DNA from: Scyliorhinus canicula
Lineage: Eukaryota
Assembly: GCF_902713615.1 (NCBI RefSeq)
Contig: NC_052149.1
Location: forward strand, 147,909,383-147,973,382
Direction: 5' to 3'
Length of the DNA: 64,000 bases
The position numbers and the translations under genes were made by a program. The notes beneath the pieces are model-generated. The model was not told the DNA's origin. It worked only from the letters and a program-made list of their open reading frames with translations, and did no database searches. The number at the start of each line of letters is the position of its first letter. The stretch's first letter is position 1. Shown piece after piece: positions 24,407 through 37,273 of this stretch.

Positions 24407-24616
24407 TCACCCCGGATACCCACCCTGCCCCAAAGCGGGCAAAGGCTCAGTCAACCGTGCTCCCGGATATACCATCACCGAAACCGACCCCGTATCCACG
24501 GCACCACCACCGGAGCGGAGAAGTCAGCACGGACGGTCAGACCATCCACAAGACTGAACTTATAACTCCACTTTCACCCCCGACAGACTATGTGTTTTTT
24601 TTAAACATGGGGTGAA

Positions 24617-24859
24617 TGTGATGAATGGTATCGGGAACTGCTGTAACTGTACCTTGCTTTTAATACATTGGCCCTTTAAGACTGGGCTTGGAACCCTGGG
24701 GGACTCCGTCTCTGGCTCCGCCCCCAGGAAACGGTATATAAGGTGATGCTCACTGTGCAGCATGCTGTGACCACACTTCTCGGCAGCTGTCCGGTTCTCT
24801 GGTAATTAAAGCCTTTAAATTACCAATCTCTCTCCTGTGTCGTAATTGAGGGCATCTCA
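24617..24859 (+). repeat. 3' LTR
   Basis: Direct repeat of 20147-20389, preceded by purine-rich AAACATGGGGTGAA. Confidence 0.95.
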
Positions 24860-27349
24860 TGAGTCCCTCCATGCTAACAATATTCGGCGCCAGACTACCA
24901 GGGAAGCAAAGGCCAGAACGTTGGTCTCTCTCTCTTCCTGGACTCCCGGGTCCTCCGAAACCCCAAAGGTTGCCACCTCAGGGCTCATTACCACCCCAGT
25001 TTTCAATACCCGGGACATGACACCTGTGAATCCCTACCAATACCCCCTGAGTTTAGGGCATGACCAGAACATGTGTACATGGTTAGCCGGCCCTCAGCGC
25101 ATCTTGCACACTTGAAGGGGCCCGGTGCGTGACCTCAAACTGGATCAGGCTGAGCCTGGTTCATGCTGCGGTCATGTTCACTCTGCTCAGTGCTTTTGCC
25201 CAGATATCATCCTCTATCTCCTCCCCGAGCTCCTCTTCCCACTTAAGCTTCAGGGCCTCGGTCTGCGTATCCACAGCTCCCATTAGTTCCTTGTAGATGT
25301 CTGAGACTCTACCCTCTCCCACCTCTCCCCTAGAAACTCCCTGTCCTGCCTCCCCTTCGGCGTGAGACGTGGGAAGAACGGCACCAGTCTGCATACAAAA
25401 TCCCGCAACTGTAAGTATCTAAAGTCGTTCCCTCTTGCCAGCCCAAACTTCTCCTCCAGTACCCTCATGCTCGGAAAGCCCCCTTCTAGGAACAGATCCC
25501 CCATCCTCACAATCCCCGTCCTCCTCCACAGTCAATACCCCCGTCCATGTTCCCCGGGGCAAATCGGTGGTTGCCGCAGATTGGGGTCCACACTGATGCT
25601 CTTACCTCCCCTACATGCCTCCTCCACTGGCCCCAGATCGCAGAGCCGCCACCACTATCGGGCTGGTGGAGTACCGTGCCGGCGGAAGCAGCAGAGGCGG
25701 TGTGACCAGGGCTGCTAAAGCTAGTGCCCCTGCACGAAGCAGCCTCCATCCACTCCCAAGCTGACCCCGCACCCACCATCCATTTCCTTATCATCGCTGT
25801 GTTGGCCGCCCAGTAATAGTTGCTGAAATTCGGCTACGCCAGCCCCCCTTCTTCTCTGTTCCTTTCAAGCATCACCCTCTTCACCTGCGGCGACTTCCCT
25901 GCCCAACTCCACATATCCTTGAGTAGTCTTTGAACTCTTGAGTTGTAAACTGTGGCACTTTATTGCTCTGGTTTACCGAATCTTGCAATGGTTCTCAATG
26001 GTTTGTTCTGCAATGGTCAACTTCATTGTGACCACCTTAGGTGAATTTTATTGTGTATTTACAATGACTATAAACATGTACCCCTTGACTGGACGAGCAT
26101 AGTCAACATGCAGATGTTGTCACGGCATTTTAGGACACTCCCATGGATGCAATGGAGACAACTACATTGCGTTCCTTACCCATGCATATGACTGGTACAG
26201 TCCTGCTTTTCCTTCTATTTGGGCATCAATTCTTGGTCACCGGAAGTAACTTTGTGATTTCTTCTTCATTTGCAGTATGCCTGGATGTCCTTTGTGTAAC
26301 TTGTCCAAAGGTTTTTGTTGTAAATTTGATTGAATAATTACGCTCATCCCCCAGCAGACAGCCACCCTGTGCTATTATTTCAAGTCTCCTGGAAATGTAC
26401 ATTTATAATTCAGGGTGTTTGTCTGCTATCCTCCCTTTTAATACCATTTCCAGTACCTTCCCCATCACAGGATAGTATCCGGTATATTTTTTGACTTGAG
26501 CTGCAGTAACTGGAACAATTTCAATCTGTGAACAGTAAAAAAAAAATCATGTCAAGGTGACATTTGACCAGTATGATTTTCAGATTGATGTTTTTTGATT
26601 TCCTATGACTGTGCAAATAGGATTAACAATCATCGTTGTAGCCTACTTTCAGCCAACGAAATGATACCTTTGTGTGGCCCAAAAATAGCTCTTTCGGGCC
26701 TGTAGTCCATCAGCAATGTGAAGTGATGACCATACAGGCATTGGTAGAATTTACGTACACCAAATCTAGAGCATTTTTTCCAACTGAGCGTAGTTTCATT
26801 CTGCACTTGTTAATGTATGCGATGCAAAAGCTATTGGTCTTTCTTCCCCTGAAGGTAGAATATGTGACACCACCGCTCCAATACCGTAAGGTGAAGCATC
26901 ATAGGCAAGTTGAAATGGTAACTTCAGGCTGAAATGTGCCACACTTCTGACCTTTTCAGTGCTTCTTTTGCTGATTGATGTGCTTTATTGCAATCTGGTG
27001 TCCATTGCCATGCCTGTTTTGCGCACACCAGTGTATGTAAGGGTTGTCAAATTCTGGTCAAATTTTCTGTAGCATTTGATTAACTGTAGGAATGATCTAA
27101 GTTGAGTGATGTTTGGAGGTTTTGGATTTCTATCATGGCATTCATTTTTCCAGGCCCTTACTATCAATGACATGTCTAAAATATTGCATGGATATCTGGA
27201 AGAAATCACATTTATCTTTCTTGACATGAAGCCCAAGCATTTGAAGTTGTTTGAGTGTAGCTTCTAAGTGTTGTAAATGTTTTTGCTCATTTGTGCTGGT
27301 GATCAATACATCAATATATTTACTTGGTAATACTGTACATATTGCAAGC

Positions 27350-28122
27350 CAGTGTTTTTTAAACTTTTTTTCTGGGGACCCATTTTTACCAACCGGCCAA
27401 CCTTTGGGACCCACGCCAGCTGACCTTCGCGGCCCACACCGGCCGACCTTCGCGGCCCACACTGGTCGATCTTCGCAACCTACGCCGACCAACATTGGCA
27501 CAATTAATAAATCCATACCTTAAAAAATTGTGTTTTGCTGCTTTGTGCCTGATATCAGCTTCTTCTTAATGGGCTGTTCACCAGAAGCCCTGGAGCTCAC
27601 ACCTGTACTGCTTTTTCATGTTGTGGACCCTCCTGAACAGCTCACACCACCACTACTTTGTCCTGCTGTGGATTCTCCTGAGCCACTCACTCCAGCAGGT
27701 TTAGTTGTGAGATCCTGGCCTGTTTGTGTCCCTGGTCCTCTCTTCCTTGTAACAAAATGATCCATTTTAAATTTTACTTGTTTGCTGCTGACGAAATGGA
27801 GGAATAACAATCGCGCCCAAAGCGCATGACATCAGAGTTCGGGACTCATGACCTGCTCTCTGCCTTGCTTCAGGCAGCAAGATTACATTGAATTTTAATT
27901 TTAAAATCTTTCCCGCGTCAGCGCGCTGACATCAGCAGGAGGCAGTGTTTCTTGCTTGGTTCCACGCATGCGCACTGGTGAACGGGCACTCATGCGCAGT
28001 GCAGCCACATTTCTTTCTTTGGTCGCGGTGGCATTGTTAAAAGCAATGGAAGGCTCTGCGACTCTCTTGACACCCGCCCGTGACCCGCCCGCGGGTCGTG
28101 ACCTGCACTTTGAAGAAGCCTG
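27350..28122 (-). mobile_element. internally deleted hAT (Charlie/Buster-like) transposon
   Basis: CAGTGTTTTTTAAAC / CTTTGAAGAAGCCTG ends, GACCC subterminal motifs, 23-bp tandem repeat x4 (27393-27484), minus-strand MDHFVTRKR start resembling a transposase N-terminus; TSD degenerate. Confidence 0.7.
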
Positions 28123-29824
28123 CTGTGAACCACGATTGATCTAATCCATTGATTGTTGAAATAAATCAGGTGCTGACGTTATTCCAAAAGGCAATCTCTT
28201 GTAGTGGAAAAACCTTTGTGAGTGACGGTGGTGAGCAGGGTTGGGATTCAGCTGCCACATTCATTTGCAGGTAAGTCTGCAATATGTCAATCTTGCTGAA
28301 CTTTTGTCCTCTTTTCAATCAATGGTAGCAGATATTGATCCACCTGTAGTACCGGATTGATTATTGTCTTAAAATTTCCACAGATATCATTGGACCATCC
28401 TGATTTATGACAGGCACAAAAGGGGTTGCCCAGTCATAAGACTTATGTTCCTTTGACAAAGCAGGCAGTGGAGACATCAAGTGATGCGATGGACAGGTAG
28501 AGCTGGATCTCTGCACTTTATCTAAAAAGACTGACCCCATGTCTGTAGCTTATGAGCAGTTCCTGTCTTTCTGAGGAAAGGCGAGAAAATATGTTCACAG
28601 ACTACGACATAATTTCAAAGTAGGAGGATGGAGAAGACTGTTCAGCCAACACTGATCTTAAGTATCATCTATTGTTAAACTATGAATAGTATATTCTGAA
28701 TACAGAGAGATAAATTAAGCACTTGTTAATAAGACAGGGAGCATTAATCTTGCCGTACAATGGCATTGGATTTACACTCCAAATGGTGTTAAGATTAATC
28801 CCTTCAGGGCATCTCGTGTTGACTCTGGTAATGCATTTGGTAATTCACTTAACTTAAAATGTGCCCACAGCAAAGAATCAAAGTAACATGGCACTCCCAA
28901 CAGGTTATCTATACAGGTGACTTGTATGAATCTAAAAGTATGTATTAAAAAATGTCATATATTCAAAATAAAATTCCTCCAAGGAATGAGCAGCATAAGG
29001 CTCCTGGCTATCAGTTTTGGGCAGTGAAGAATGTTTTGTACCAGTTCTGTAGGCAAGCAGGTCTATCACCTGCAAGAAATTGATGTGTGCATTGCTAAAT
29101 TCTGTCGGCAGGAGACTTTGCTGATCTTAGAATGCAAAGAACGTGGTCATAGTTATACAAGGGACTGTGAGAGTAAAGTTTCATTATTACTAAACTGAAC
29201 ACAACATTTACATTAGATTCAGTTGCATTCAAACACAGTAATATCCGCAATATGGTCTGTGGTAACACATCCTTTTAAGGGGGTGAGTTTGTGAAGGATC
29301 ATGTGACCCAAAAGTTGGTTTTTCTGTGAGGAGTTTGGAGTCAGGGAGTATGGCAACCTTTACTCACACTCTGAAAATAGTTGTTTATTCATTAATCTAT
29401 TTGGTGGTCGCCAGTCTTTCAAGATATTACATGGTCCCAGCTGATTTCAATTCCCACAGGATGTAATATAATGTCTTCATACATTTCTAATTTATTTCAA
29501 TAAAGTTGTGCCATTGTCCTACATTCCGTTCTTCAGAGAAATATTTTGGCTCATAATTTGCTGTGGCAGGGTAACATGCAGCACTCACTTCTTGCTGAAT
29601 TTGCCTTGACCTGCTCAACACTTCGGAAGTTGGGATGGAAATGGTGAGGCACATTTGGGCATCTGGGATCTGAGTCTAGCACTTAAAAAACAATCAAATT
29701 GGTGACTCAATAAATTGGCAGTGCAAAGACTGACTAGAAATTGTAAATTAAAATGTAACATCAATGCAAAACAGCTGCAGAAAGGGCAAGAAAGATTGAA
29801 AAGTATTTTTTTAAATAATTAATT

Positions 29825-31575
29825 TACAGGATGTGGGTGTTGCTGGCTAGGTCAGTACTTATTGCCCACCCATAATTTCCCTTGAGAAGGTGGTGGCCTT
29901 CATGAACCACTACAGTCCACGTGGTGTAGGTACGCCCACAGTACTATTAGGGATGGTGTTCCAGGGATTTGACCCGGTGACAGTGAAGGAACGGTGGTGA
30001 TATGTTTCCAGGTCAGGATGGTAAGTGACTTGAAGGGCTGCTTAGAGGTGGTGGGGTTCCCAAGTTCCAGCTGCCCTTGTCTTTCTAGATGGTAGTGGTC
30101 ATGGGTTTGGAAGGTAATGCCAAAGGAACTTTGGTGATTTCCTGCAGTGCATATTGTTGATGGTCCACACTGCTGCTACTGTTTTTCAGTGTGGAGGGAG
30201 TAAATGTTTGTGGACAGCATGCCAATCAAGCAGGCTGCTTTATCCTGGATGGTGCTGAGCTTCTTGCGTGTGGTTGGAGCTGCATTCATCCAGGCAAGTG
30301 GAGAGTATTGCATTTCACTCCTGAATTGCACCTTGTAGATGGTGGAGTCAGGAGATGCACCACAGGATTTCTAGTTTCTGCCCTACTCTTGTGGCCACAG
30401 TATTAATATGGTTAATCCAGTTCAGTTTCTGGTCAATGGTAACCCCCAGAATGTTGATAGTGGGGGATTCAGCGATGGTGATGGCATTGAATGTCAAGAT
30501 GTGATCGTGAGATTCGCTCGTTGGAAATTGGCTTTGCCTGGCACTTGTGTGGCATGATTGTTACTTGTTACTTGTCACTTGTCAGCCCAAGCCTGGATAT
30601 TGCCCAGATCTTGCTGCATTTGGAAATGGACTGCTGCAGTTTCAAATGGTGCTGAACATTGTGGAATCACCAGCAAACATTCCTACTTCTAACTTTAAGA
30701 TGGAAAGAAGGTCATTAATAAAGCAACTGAAGATGGTTGGGCCTAGGGCACTATCCTGAGGAACGCCTTCAGCAATGTACTGGAGCTGAGAGGATTAATC
30801 TCCAACCACCATAAACATCTTCCTTTGTGCTTGGTATAATTCCAATTAGTGCAGGGTTTTGCCCCTGATTTCCATTGGCTCCAGTAATGTTTTGGCTCCT
30901 TGATACCAAACTCAGTCAAATGATGTCAAGGACAGTCATTTTCACCTCACATCTTGAATTAAGCTATTTTGTCCATGTTTGAACTAAGACTGTCATGAGG
31001 TTAGGAGCTTAGTGACTTTAGCAGAACAAAAACTGAGTGTCAGTGAACAAGTTATTGATAAGCAAGTGGCATTTGATACCGTTGTTGATGTCCTCTTCCA
31101 CCATTTTACAGGTGATCAAGAGTGATTTGGTGGGGTGGTAAATGGCCGGGCTGTATCTGGGCAATTTCCCTCATCGCCAGGCAGATGCCAGCATTGTAGC
31201 TGTATTGGAACAGTTTGGGTTGGGGAATAGCTAGTTCATAAGCACAAGTCTTCAGTACAATTGCAAAAAATATCATCTGGGCCTTTGCAAAGACCAATGC
31301 CTTCAGCTGTTCCTTGATTTCATGTGGAGTGAATCACATTGGCCGAACACTGGTATCGGTTATGGGGACTTCCAGAGGAGGCCGAGATGGACCATTCTCT
31401 CGGCATGTCTGGCTGAAGATTATTGCAAATGTTTCAGCCTTATCTTTTGCACCAATGTGCTGGGCTCCTCCATCATTGAGAATGGGAATATTTGTGGAGC
31501 CTCTTCCTCCAGTGATTTGTCCACTGTCATTCATGACTGGTTGTGACAGGACTGCAGAGCTTAGATCTGATCCAT
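29825..31575 (-). mobile_element. CR1-like LINE, 3' 1.7 kb (decayed RT)
   Basis: IPILNDGG...KDKAETFAIIFS; GVPQDSALGPTIFSCFINDL around 30700-30770; 3' end as at 8550. Confidence 0.85.
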
Positions 31576-31991
31576 TGATTGATTTTTGCATTTAATTGCG
31601 CATAACTTTTGCTGAATTTGCTTGACAGGTGCACATAAAATGAACCTCACTATTATTTTACAGCAAACTTTGGGCTAATCATCCCATGATCTTGTATGGC
31701 TCATTGTGGTCTTGTTATCTTCTCTAAACCTTCATTAACTGTCTCAGTTCAGAAACATATGCTCATCAAAAATATATTGCAATTTATTTATAGAAAGATG
31801 ATGTTCATGTTCACAAGTATACCAAAATATGAAAGAAGGTTTTAGAAAAGTAATGTAAACACAGGTTTAAGAATATGGTTTATATTTACTTTTGCACTTC
31901 CGCTGTTCAATAATACCAGGCCAGCAGTAACTCGTGTCCTTCAATATTGTATAATATTGATTTTTTTTTCTGTGTATTATCTATTTTGTAT

Positions 31992-33186
31992 TGTGATGTA
32001 TATAGAAATTTCAGATATATTGTATTATAGGGATTTGCTGCAGTGGTGCAGTAAGGGTTAAAAGTCTGTGTTAGTGTGTGTGTGACTGCTGCAGTCATGT
32101 TTTAAAATAGATCTTAGTTTGAAATGTTGGGAGCTAGGGCTGCAATTAAACCACCATAAAAAGCTTGGGCTAATGGAGTTTTGTTCTGATTAAGGGAATT
32201 CCCTGTGGAGTTAATTCGTTTTCAGTTTGGTGAAATGATGTCATTGCTAGGTGGTACTAAGGCATCAGGCATTTTCAGAAAGCAGTTCTGATCTGAATGA
32301 AGTTGTGCCCAGATGTCAAGCAGTTTTACTCTCACTGCAGTTCAGTTAAAAGAGAGTTTTGTGAGGGCCACGAAGAATCTAGCACATGTTTTCAGGATAC
32401 AAAGAAATAACATTTATTTACAATAACATATATATGTATATATACAACAGCAGCAGCAACTTCCCTTGCTGCTCACTCCTCTCTCTCTGCTGGTTCCAAA
32501 CTAGCCAGCTCCATTTATGCATGGAGTCTGCTAATGATTTCTCAGCCCCCCTCATTGGGGAAGCTCATACTCCCATAGGATTGTGGGATTGTCAATAGTC
32601 CCCAGCCAGTGGTAAGCAGGCAGGTTATAACAGAAAGTAACAATCTTTAAAGCAGTGTAGACTTATCTGAGAACAACGGGAGACGAAACAAGCTGATAAG
32701 CATCCACTCAAGAAATGCAGCCAGAGTTTCTGCATGGATCTGACAGTAGTCAGATCTTGGCTTTAAAGCAGTTTCAAGAGATCTCTCTTTCTCAAAGGAC
32801 ATCTCTGTGAAACAAGTATTTCCATGTGACATCGATTGTTAAATAGGATTCAGAGCTGAGATGCTTTTTTTCCCTTTGTTTTTAAGTGGGAATAAAGATG
32901 GCAATTAACGGTATTGTATTCACTGTATTGAGTAGTATTGTTAAGGGGTAATTATAAGTTACTTTCCAGTGCGATGTTAAACATTTTCATAATGTGTTAG
33001 TTATAAAGTTTGTTTTAAAATACCATATTCTATTTCTTCCTGTAATCACTCCTGGAGCGAGGTATCCTTCTCTCACAGTCTTACAAAATTAAAATAAAAT
33101 ATTGGTGTTTCTGTCCAGTATTCTCCCATCGCTAGTATTGCTATCAAAATGAGCTTTACTTGGCTTTTAATCTTAGTCACATAACA
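31992..33186. mobile_element. putative solo LTR with a second LTR-like insert (32360-32632)
   Basis: TG...ACA boundaries on both; the insert resembles 15946-16141; no TSD confirmed. Confidence 0.4.
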
Positions 33187-34793
33187 ATGAATAATTATTT
33201 TAATGTCCTGTCAAAGCAGTCTTACAATGGGAGAAATTTCTAATGCAGTAGGAAACTTTATTCAAAATATCAAGTGCCTGGCATACTCTTTGAGGAAGCT
33301 CAGTCTAGTTGGTCAAACCGGAACAAAAATAATTAGATGGCACAAAGCACAGTCGAAATATGTGCTAAAAAACATCATGTGTAAAGCTGTGTATTTTTAT
33401 TGTTTAAACTGCTGGATAACACAAAATAATGCTCTGTTCAAAATGCTGAATTTGGAATAATGATTTGCATTACCAAATAGATTTCACTACACATGAGGGG
33501 AGAATAATGAAAGTTAAAGCAGGTATTTAAATCTGTTCAAAATACCCAGCTGAATTGCTTATAAAATGTGGGAATGGCTAGTGGTTTAGTGATCATTTTG
33601 ATCACTGGTCAAGAGAAATAAAACAAGTGAATTCTACGATACATTAATACTGGAGGAAATCTTCCAGAATCCCTCCTGGGACCAACTCCTCTAAATTTGC
33701 CAGGTGCTTCCCAGTCACAAGCCTTCATCTCCTACATGGCCTACTGATAAGAAGCAGAGGACAAGAGCAATGACTCCCAGCCTTGGAGCATTCTGGTCAA
33801 AAATAGAAGTCTGAGAGCCTGATGACCCATCCTCTTTCTGTTACTGCTAAAGAGCAAGGTAATTATATATGTCCAGGCTCTAACAGTGGTTTCTAGGCCC
33901 CGCTCAGATCCTGCAATCTATGTAGTTTTGGTTGCAAAGACAAAGCTAATTTCTTCCATAAAAATCTCCAATATAGGCTCTTACCTATTGTTGAGGCAAG
34001 AACTTAAGATGGGAGACACCATTATAATATCCCTCACCCACCTCATTTAAATGTATGGGTACTTGCTGTAGATGCAAGTCCTTGACACGCCCTCAAGTGA
34101 TGCAATACCCCAACATCCGTAAGCAGCACATTATTTCGATCCCTTGTTCTTCCAAATGTAAAACAGATAAACATTGTCTCCACTATCTTCACATCCAGTA
34201 GGACTTAGCATCTAAATGTCTGGTGTCGAATTTGGATTTAATATGTCCGTTTTCCTTCTGTAAAATAGTTGCAATGGGGCCCAGTTATTGGGACTAATGC
34301 CTTCAACCTGAAAGATGTCCAAACTAGGTTAAACAATTTCTCTAATGCCTAAAATAGGTGTGAGGGCCCTTGTATGAATCTCAAAGATTGCATGGTTTAA
34401 GACCCTTGGGAAATTAGTGCTCTGTGAAGTACAGTAAATTCATGTGGCATCAGGAAGAACAGGAGTGGAACACCTGGTTCACATGACACCTTAAGGTCAC
34501 TGCTAGCTGCATTTGGTTCCACAATCCTGGTGTCCTCTCCCAACCTGCCCTTGGCACTCAACTGGTACCCCTGCCAATATATAGGGGCCTTAAATTTGTT
34601 AATACTGGAGAGTGGGCTGCCTACATGGTACAGCACATGCTGAAATCTGGCCAGACTAAGACCTGAGGATCATTTGTGAGCCATGCAGCTCAGGGCAAAT
34701 CATTTCTTTTTATTCATTAGTAGGATGTGAGGATCACTGGCTAAGCCAGCATTTGTTACCCACCCTTAATTGCTCTTGAAAAGGTGACATTAC

Positions 34794-35872
34794 TGTTGTA
34801 AATTGAAAGGTGGGTAAATATACCTCGACTAATCTTGACCAGTTTGCAGTAACCCTTTTCAACTCAGGTGCGTTATGCGGTGCAATAGACAAAGGGCCAG
34901 ATGAAGGTCCAACACAACTTTATTGAACACTTTATTGAGGAAAAACAATATTTAGCAGACTCTACTTTTGTACTTCCATTGAACTCTATCAAACTGTATT
35001 AATCTCTCCACAGGACTACTCAGTCAACAGTCTTAGATCTCACAGCAAACAGTCTCAAATCTACACTAGCCATCAACATCTGGCACACGCTTCCAACGAT
35101 TCACTACATGCTATCCACAAGTCCCTCTCACTGTATTTGAACTGTTTGGCTGAAAAGACTGGTGATACCTGTTCAATAAGGCTAGGCTAATTCTCGGTCT
35201 TTGAGGGTTGTCTGGTGTTTTAGGATCTGCATTTGTCGATTTAGTCTTCCCCTCTCATCTAGGGCTAGCCTGGTCTTCGGGTCGTCTCACTGGGATGATC
35301 TGGGTCTGGTCATTCTGATAATGGTCACCACGAGGTACAAGGTGCTGGAGATACGTTGCTGCTCGGCTGCCAGTCAAATGTGTTCTCAGGAGATGCTGCT
35401 GTAGAAGGTGCCAAAAGCAGAGTGCTGAAGCTCCAAATTGCCTCTTTTATCCCCCTCTTCATGCTGTTGAGCACTTTTGGGAGATTTTGTGGCCTGTATC
35501 CAAGACTAGCTTCGGGTGGGGGCAGGAAGGTCAAATGAGGTGACTATTTTCCATATTTGGAGGACATGGTTTTGAACCTTCAGCTGTAAAGTGCTGTCCT
35601 TGACATGTGATGCCCCTGGCCTCCTAATCAGCTGGGTGCCAAGTCTGCGTACCATTCTTCTAACAAAGCAGGTTCACTAGAGATGTAAACAATGGTCCGT
35701 TCTGAAACAATGTGGTTGTCAGCACCTGGCCAGACAGCTCCAGGCCTGTCTGTTTTCAACAGGAAGTTGAGTGTTAGTTTGCAATTTGCAGATTCCAGCT
35801 TGGTTTAAACTTGGCTTCCACATTTTGAGTTTTTATCCATGCTCATGAAAAAATATCAATATTTCTATAACA
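34794..35872 (-). mobile_element. putative solo LTR inserted in a CR1-like 3' end (34710-34790 and 35895-35995)
   Basis: TGTTGTAAAT / TTCTATAACA inverted ends; the host LINE sequence resumes after it. Confidence 0.45.
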
Positions 35873-36029
35873 ACCCTGAAGGTAATGCGTCATCTGACCA
35901 CACTACCTCCTTGATCTGTTGCAGTCCACATGGTGCAGGTGCGCCAAAAGTATTGGGTGGGAGGGAGTTCCAGGATTTTGACCTAACAGTAAAGAAACTC
36001 TACCTTCCCATTCATAACTGGACACCAAC

Positions 36030-36465
36030 TGTAATAATATGTATATCGGTACTCCAGTGAAGGGTTAATTATTACATCTCAGTGTAATTCAAACACTAGA
36101 GGGCACCACCAGTTCCCAGTATAAATATCAGAACTCAGGGAATCTTGGGTAGTTAAGTGTTAGCAGAGGAGAAGCATTGATCACAGCTCCGGGAGCAGTT
36201 TACATTAGAGAGAAGTAGCACAAGAACATCATTAGTTAATTCTAGATTATAGATTACTGTCTAACAGACTCTATCTTACTTTATTAGTAGTTATAGCTCT
36301 GTAGAGTGTGCAAAGTCTATTTAATTTATTTGATTTAATCCTTAATCAATAAATCAGTTTTGCTTCAATCCAAAGATTAGTGGTTTCTTTATCATCAACT
36401 CATCAGACCATTCTGGATCACAAGGCAAAGAATAACAACATATTACCATGAAATGTAATATAACA
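36030..36465 (+). mobile_element. solo LTR
   Basis: TGTAAT...ATAACA, TATAAATA ~36120, AATAAA ~36348; flanks CCAAC/CTGAC fit a 5-bp TSD CCGAC after CpG decay. Confidence 0.7.
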
Positions 36466-36554
36466 CTGACTAATTTCTACCCCAATATTTTTAATTCACT
36501 ATCATGAGAGTGCTCCAAAAATGTTTTTCTTTATCAAGGCTTTTTCAATGTTTA

Positions 36555-36890
36555 GGGCAGCATGGTAGCACAATGGGTAGCACTGTCGCTTCATAGCTCC
36601 AGGGTCCCAGGTTCGATTTGCGGCTTGGGACTGTCTGTGCGGAGTCTGCATATTCTCCTCGTGCCTGGGTGGATTTCCTCCGGGAGCTCCAGTTTCCTCC
36701 CACAGTCAAAAGATGTACAGGTTAGGTGGATTAGCCATGCTAACTTTCCCTTAGTGTCCAAAGGGGTTGGGTGGGGTTGCTGGGTTACAGGTATGGGGCG
36801 GAGGTATGGGCTTAAGTGGGGTGCTCTTTCCAAGGGCTGGTGCAGACTCGTTGGGCCAAATGGCCTCCTTCTGCACTGTAAATTTTATGT
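36555..36890 (+). mobile_element. HE1-type V-SINE, full length
   Basis: tRNA head (GGTTCGATT), V-core, CR1-type tail. Confidence 0.9.
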
Positions 36891-36924
36891 GTAAAATGGT
36901 TCACTTTAAATCAGATAAAGGTAG

Positions 36925-37273
36925 ATCATAGAATTTACAGTGCAGAAGGAGGCCATTCGGCCCATCGAGTCTGCACCGGCTCCTGGAAAGAGCACCCTAC
37001 CCAAGGTTAACACCTCCACCTTATCCCCATAACCCAGTAACCCCACCCAACACTAAGGGCAATTTTGGACACTAAGGGCAATTTATCATGTCCAATCCAC
37101 CTAACTTGCACATCTTTGGACTGTGGGAGGAAACCGGAGCACCCGGAGGAAACCCACGCACACACGGGGAGGATGTGCAGACTCCGCACAGACAGTGACC
37201 CAAGCCAGAATCGAACCTGGGACCCTGGAGCTGTGAAGCGATTGTGCTATCCACAATGCTACCGTGCTGCCCC
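36925..37273 (-). mobile_element. HE1-type V-SINE, full length
   Basis: Near-identical to 57616-57962. Confidence 0.92.

Larger units (their letters stand above)
20147..24859 (+). mobile_element. full-length Ty3/Gypsy LTR retrotransposon with two LTRs (disabled)
   Basis: 243-bp LTRs with TG...CA ends; TSD TGAGTC (20141-20146, 24860-24865); domain order gag-PR-RT-RH-IN. Confidence 0.96.
19787..25904 (-). mobile_element. 5'-truncated L1-clade LINE (about 1.4 kb: 19787-20146 and 24866-25904)
   Basis: 16-bp TSD AACTCCACAYATCCTT (19771-19786, 25905-25920); ORF2 C-terminal similarity to 52500-53721 (LKWEEELGEEIE...W..AL.RVN); AATAAA near the 3' end. Confidence 0.88.
18815..28440 (-). mobile_element. 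old Ty3/Gypsy LTR retrotransposon (RT, RNase H, integrase, PPT, partial 3' LTR), split by L1 and hAT insertions
   Basis: RT remnants 28130-28440 (WATPFVPV, ICGNFK, YKRLPFGITSAP); integrase 19531-19790 (HVKSAPYHPS...LRTTFDLL) continuing at 25921; purine tract 18943-18955 abutting TGTAAT at 18942. Confidence 0.8.

Noticed and set aside
27393-27484. Regular 23-bp repeats (also 20-bp repeats at 15517-15576) as a CRISPR array
   Set aside because: Head-to-tail tandem units with no spacers, inside DNA transposons, in eukaryotic DNA.
3750-28620. In-frame TGA codons in plus-strand exon-like segments as selenocysteine
   Set aside because: No SECIS identified, a TAG also occurs, and CpG decay or chance is simpler.
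36555-36630. tRNA-like sequences with A/B boxes (many copies)
   Set aside because: They are SINE heads continuing into core and tail, without a clear cloverleaf.
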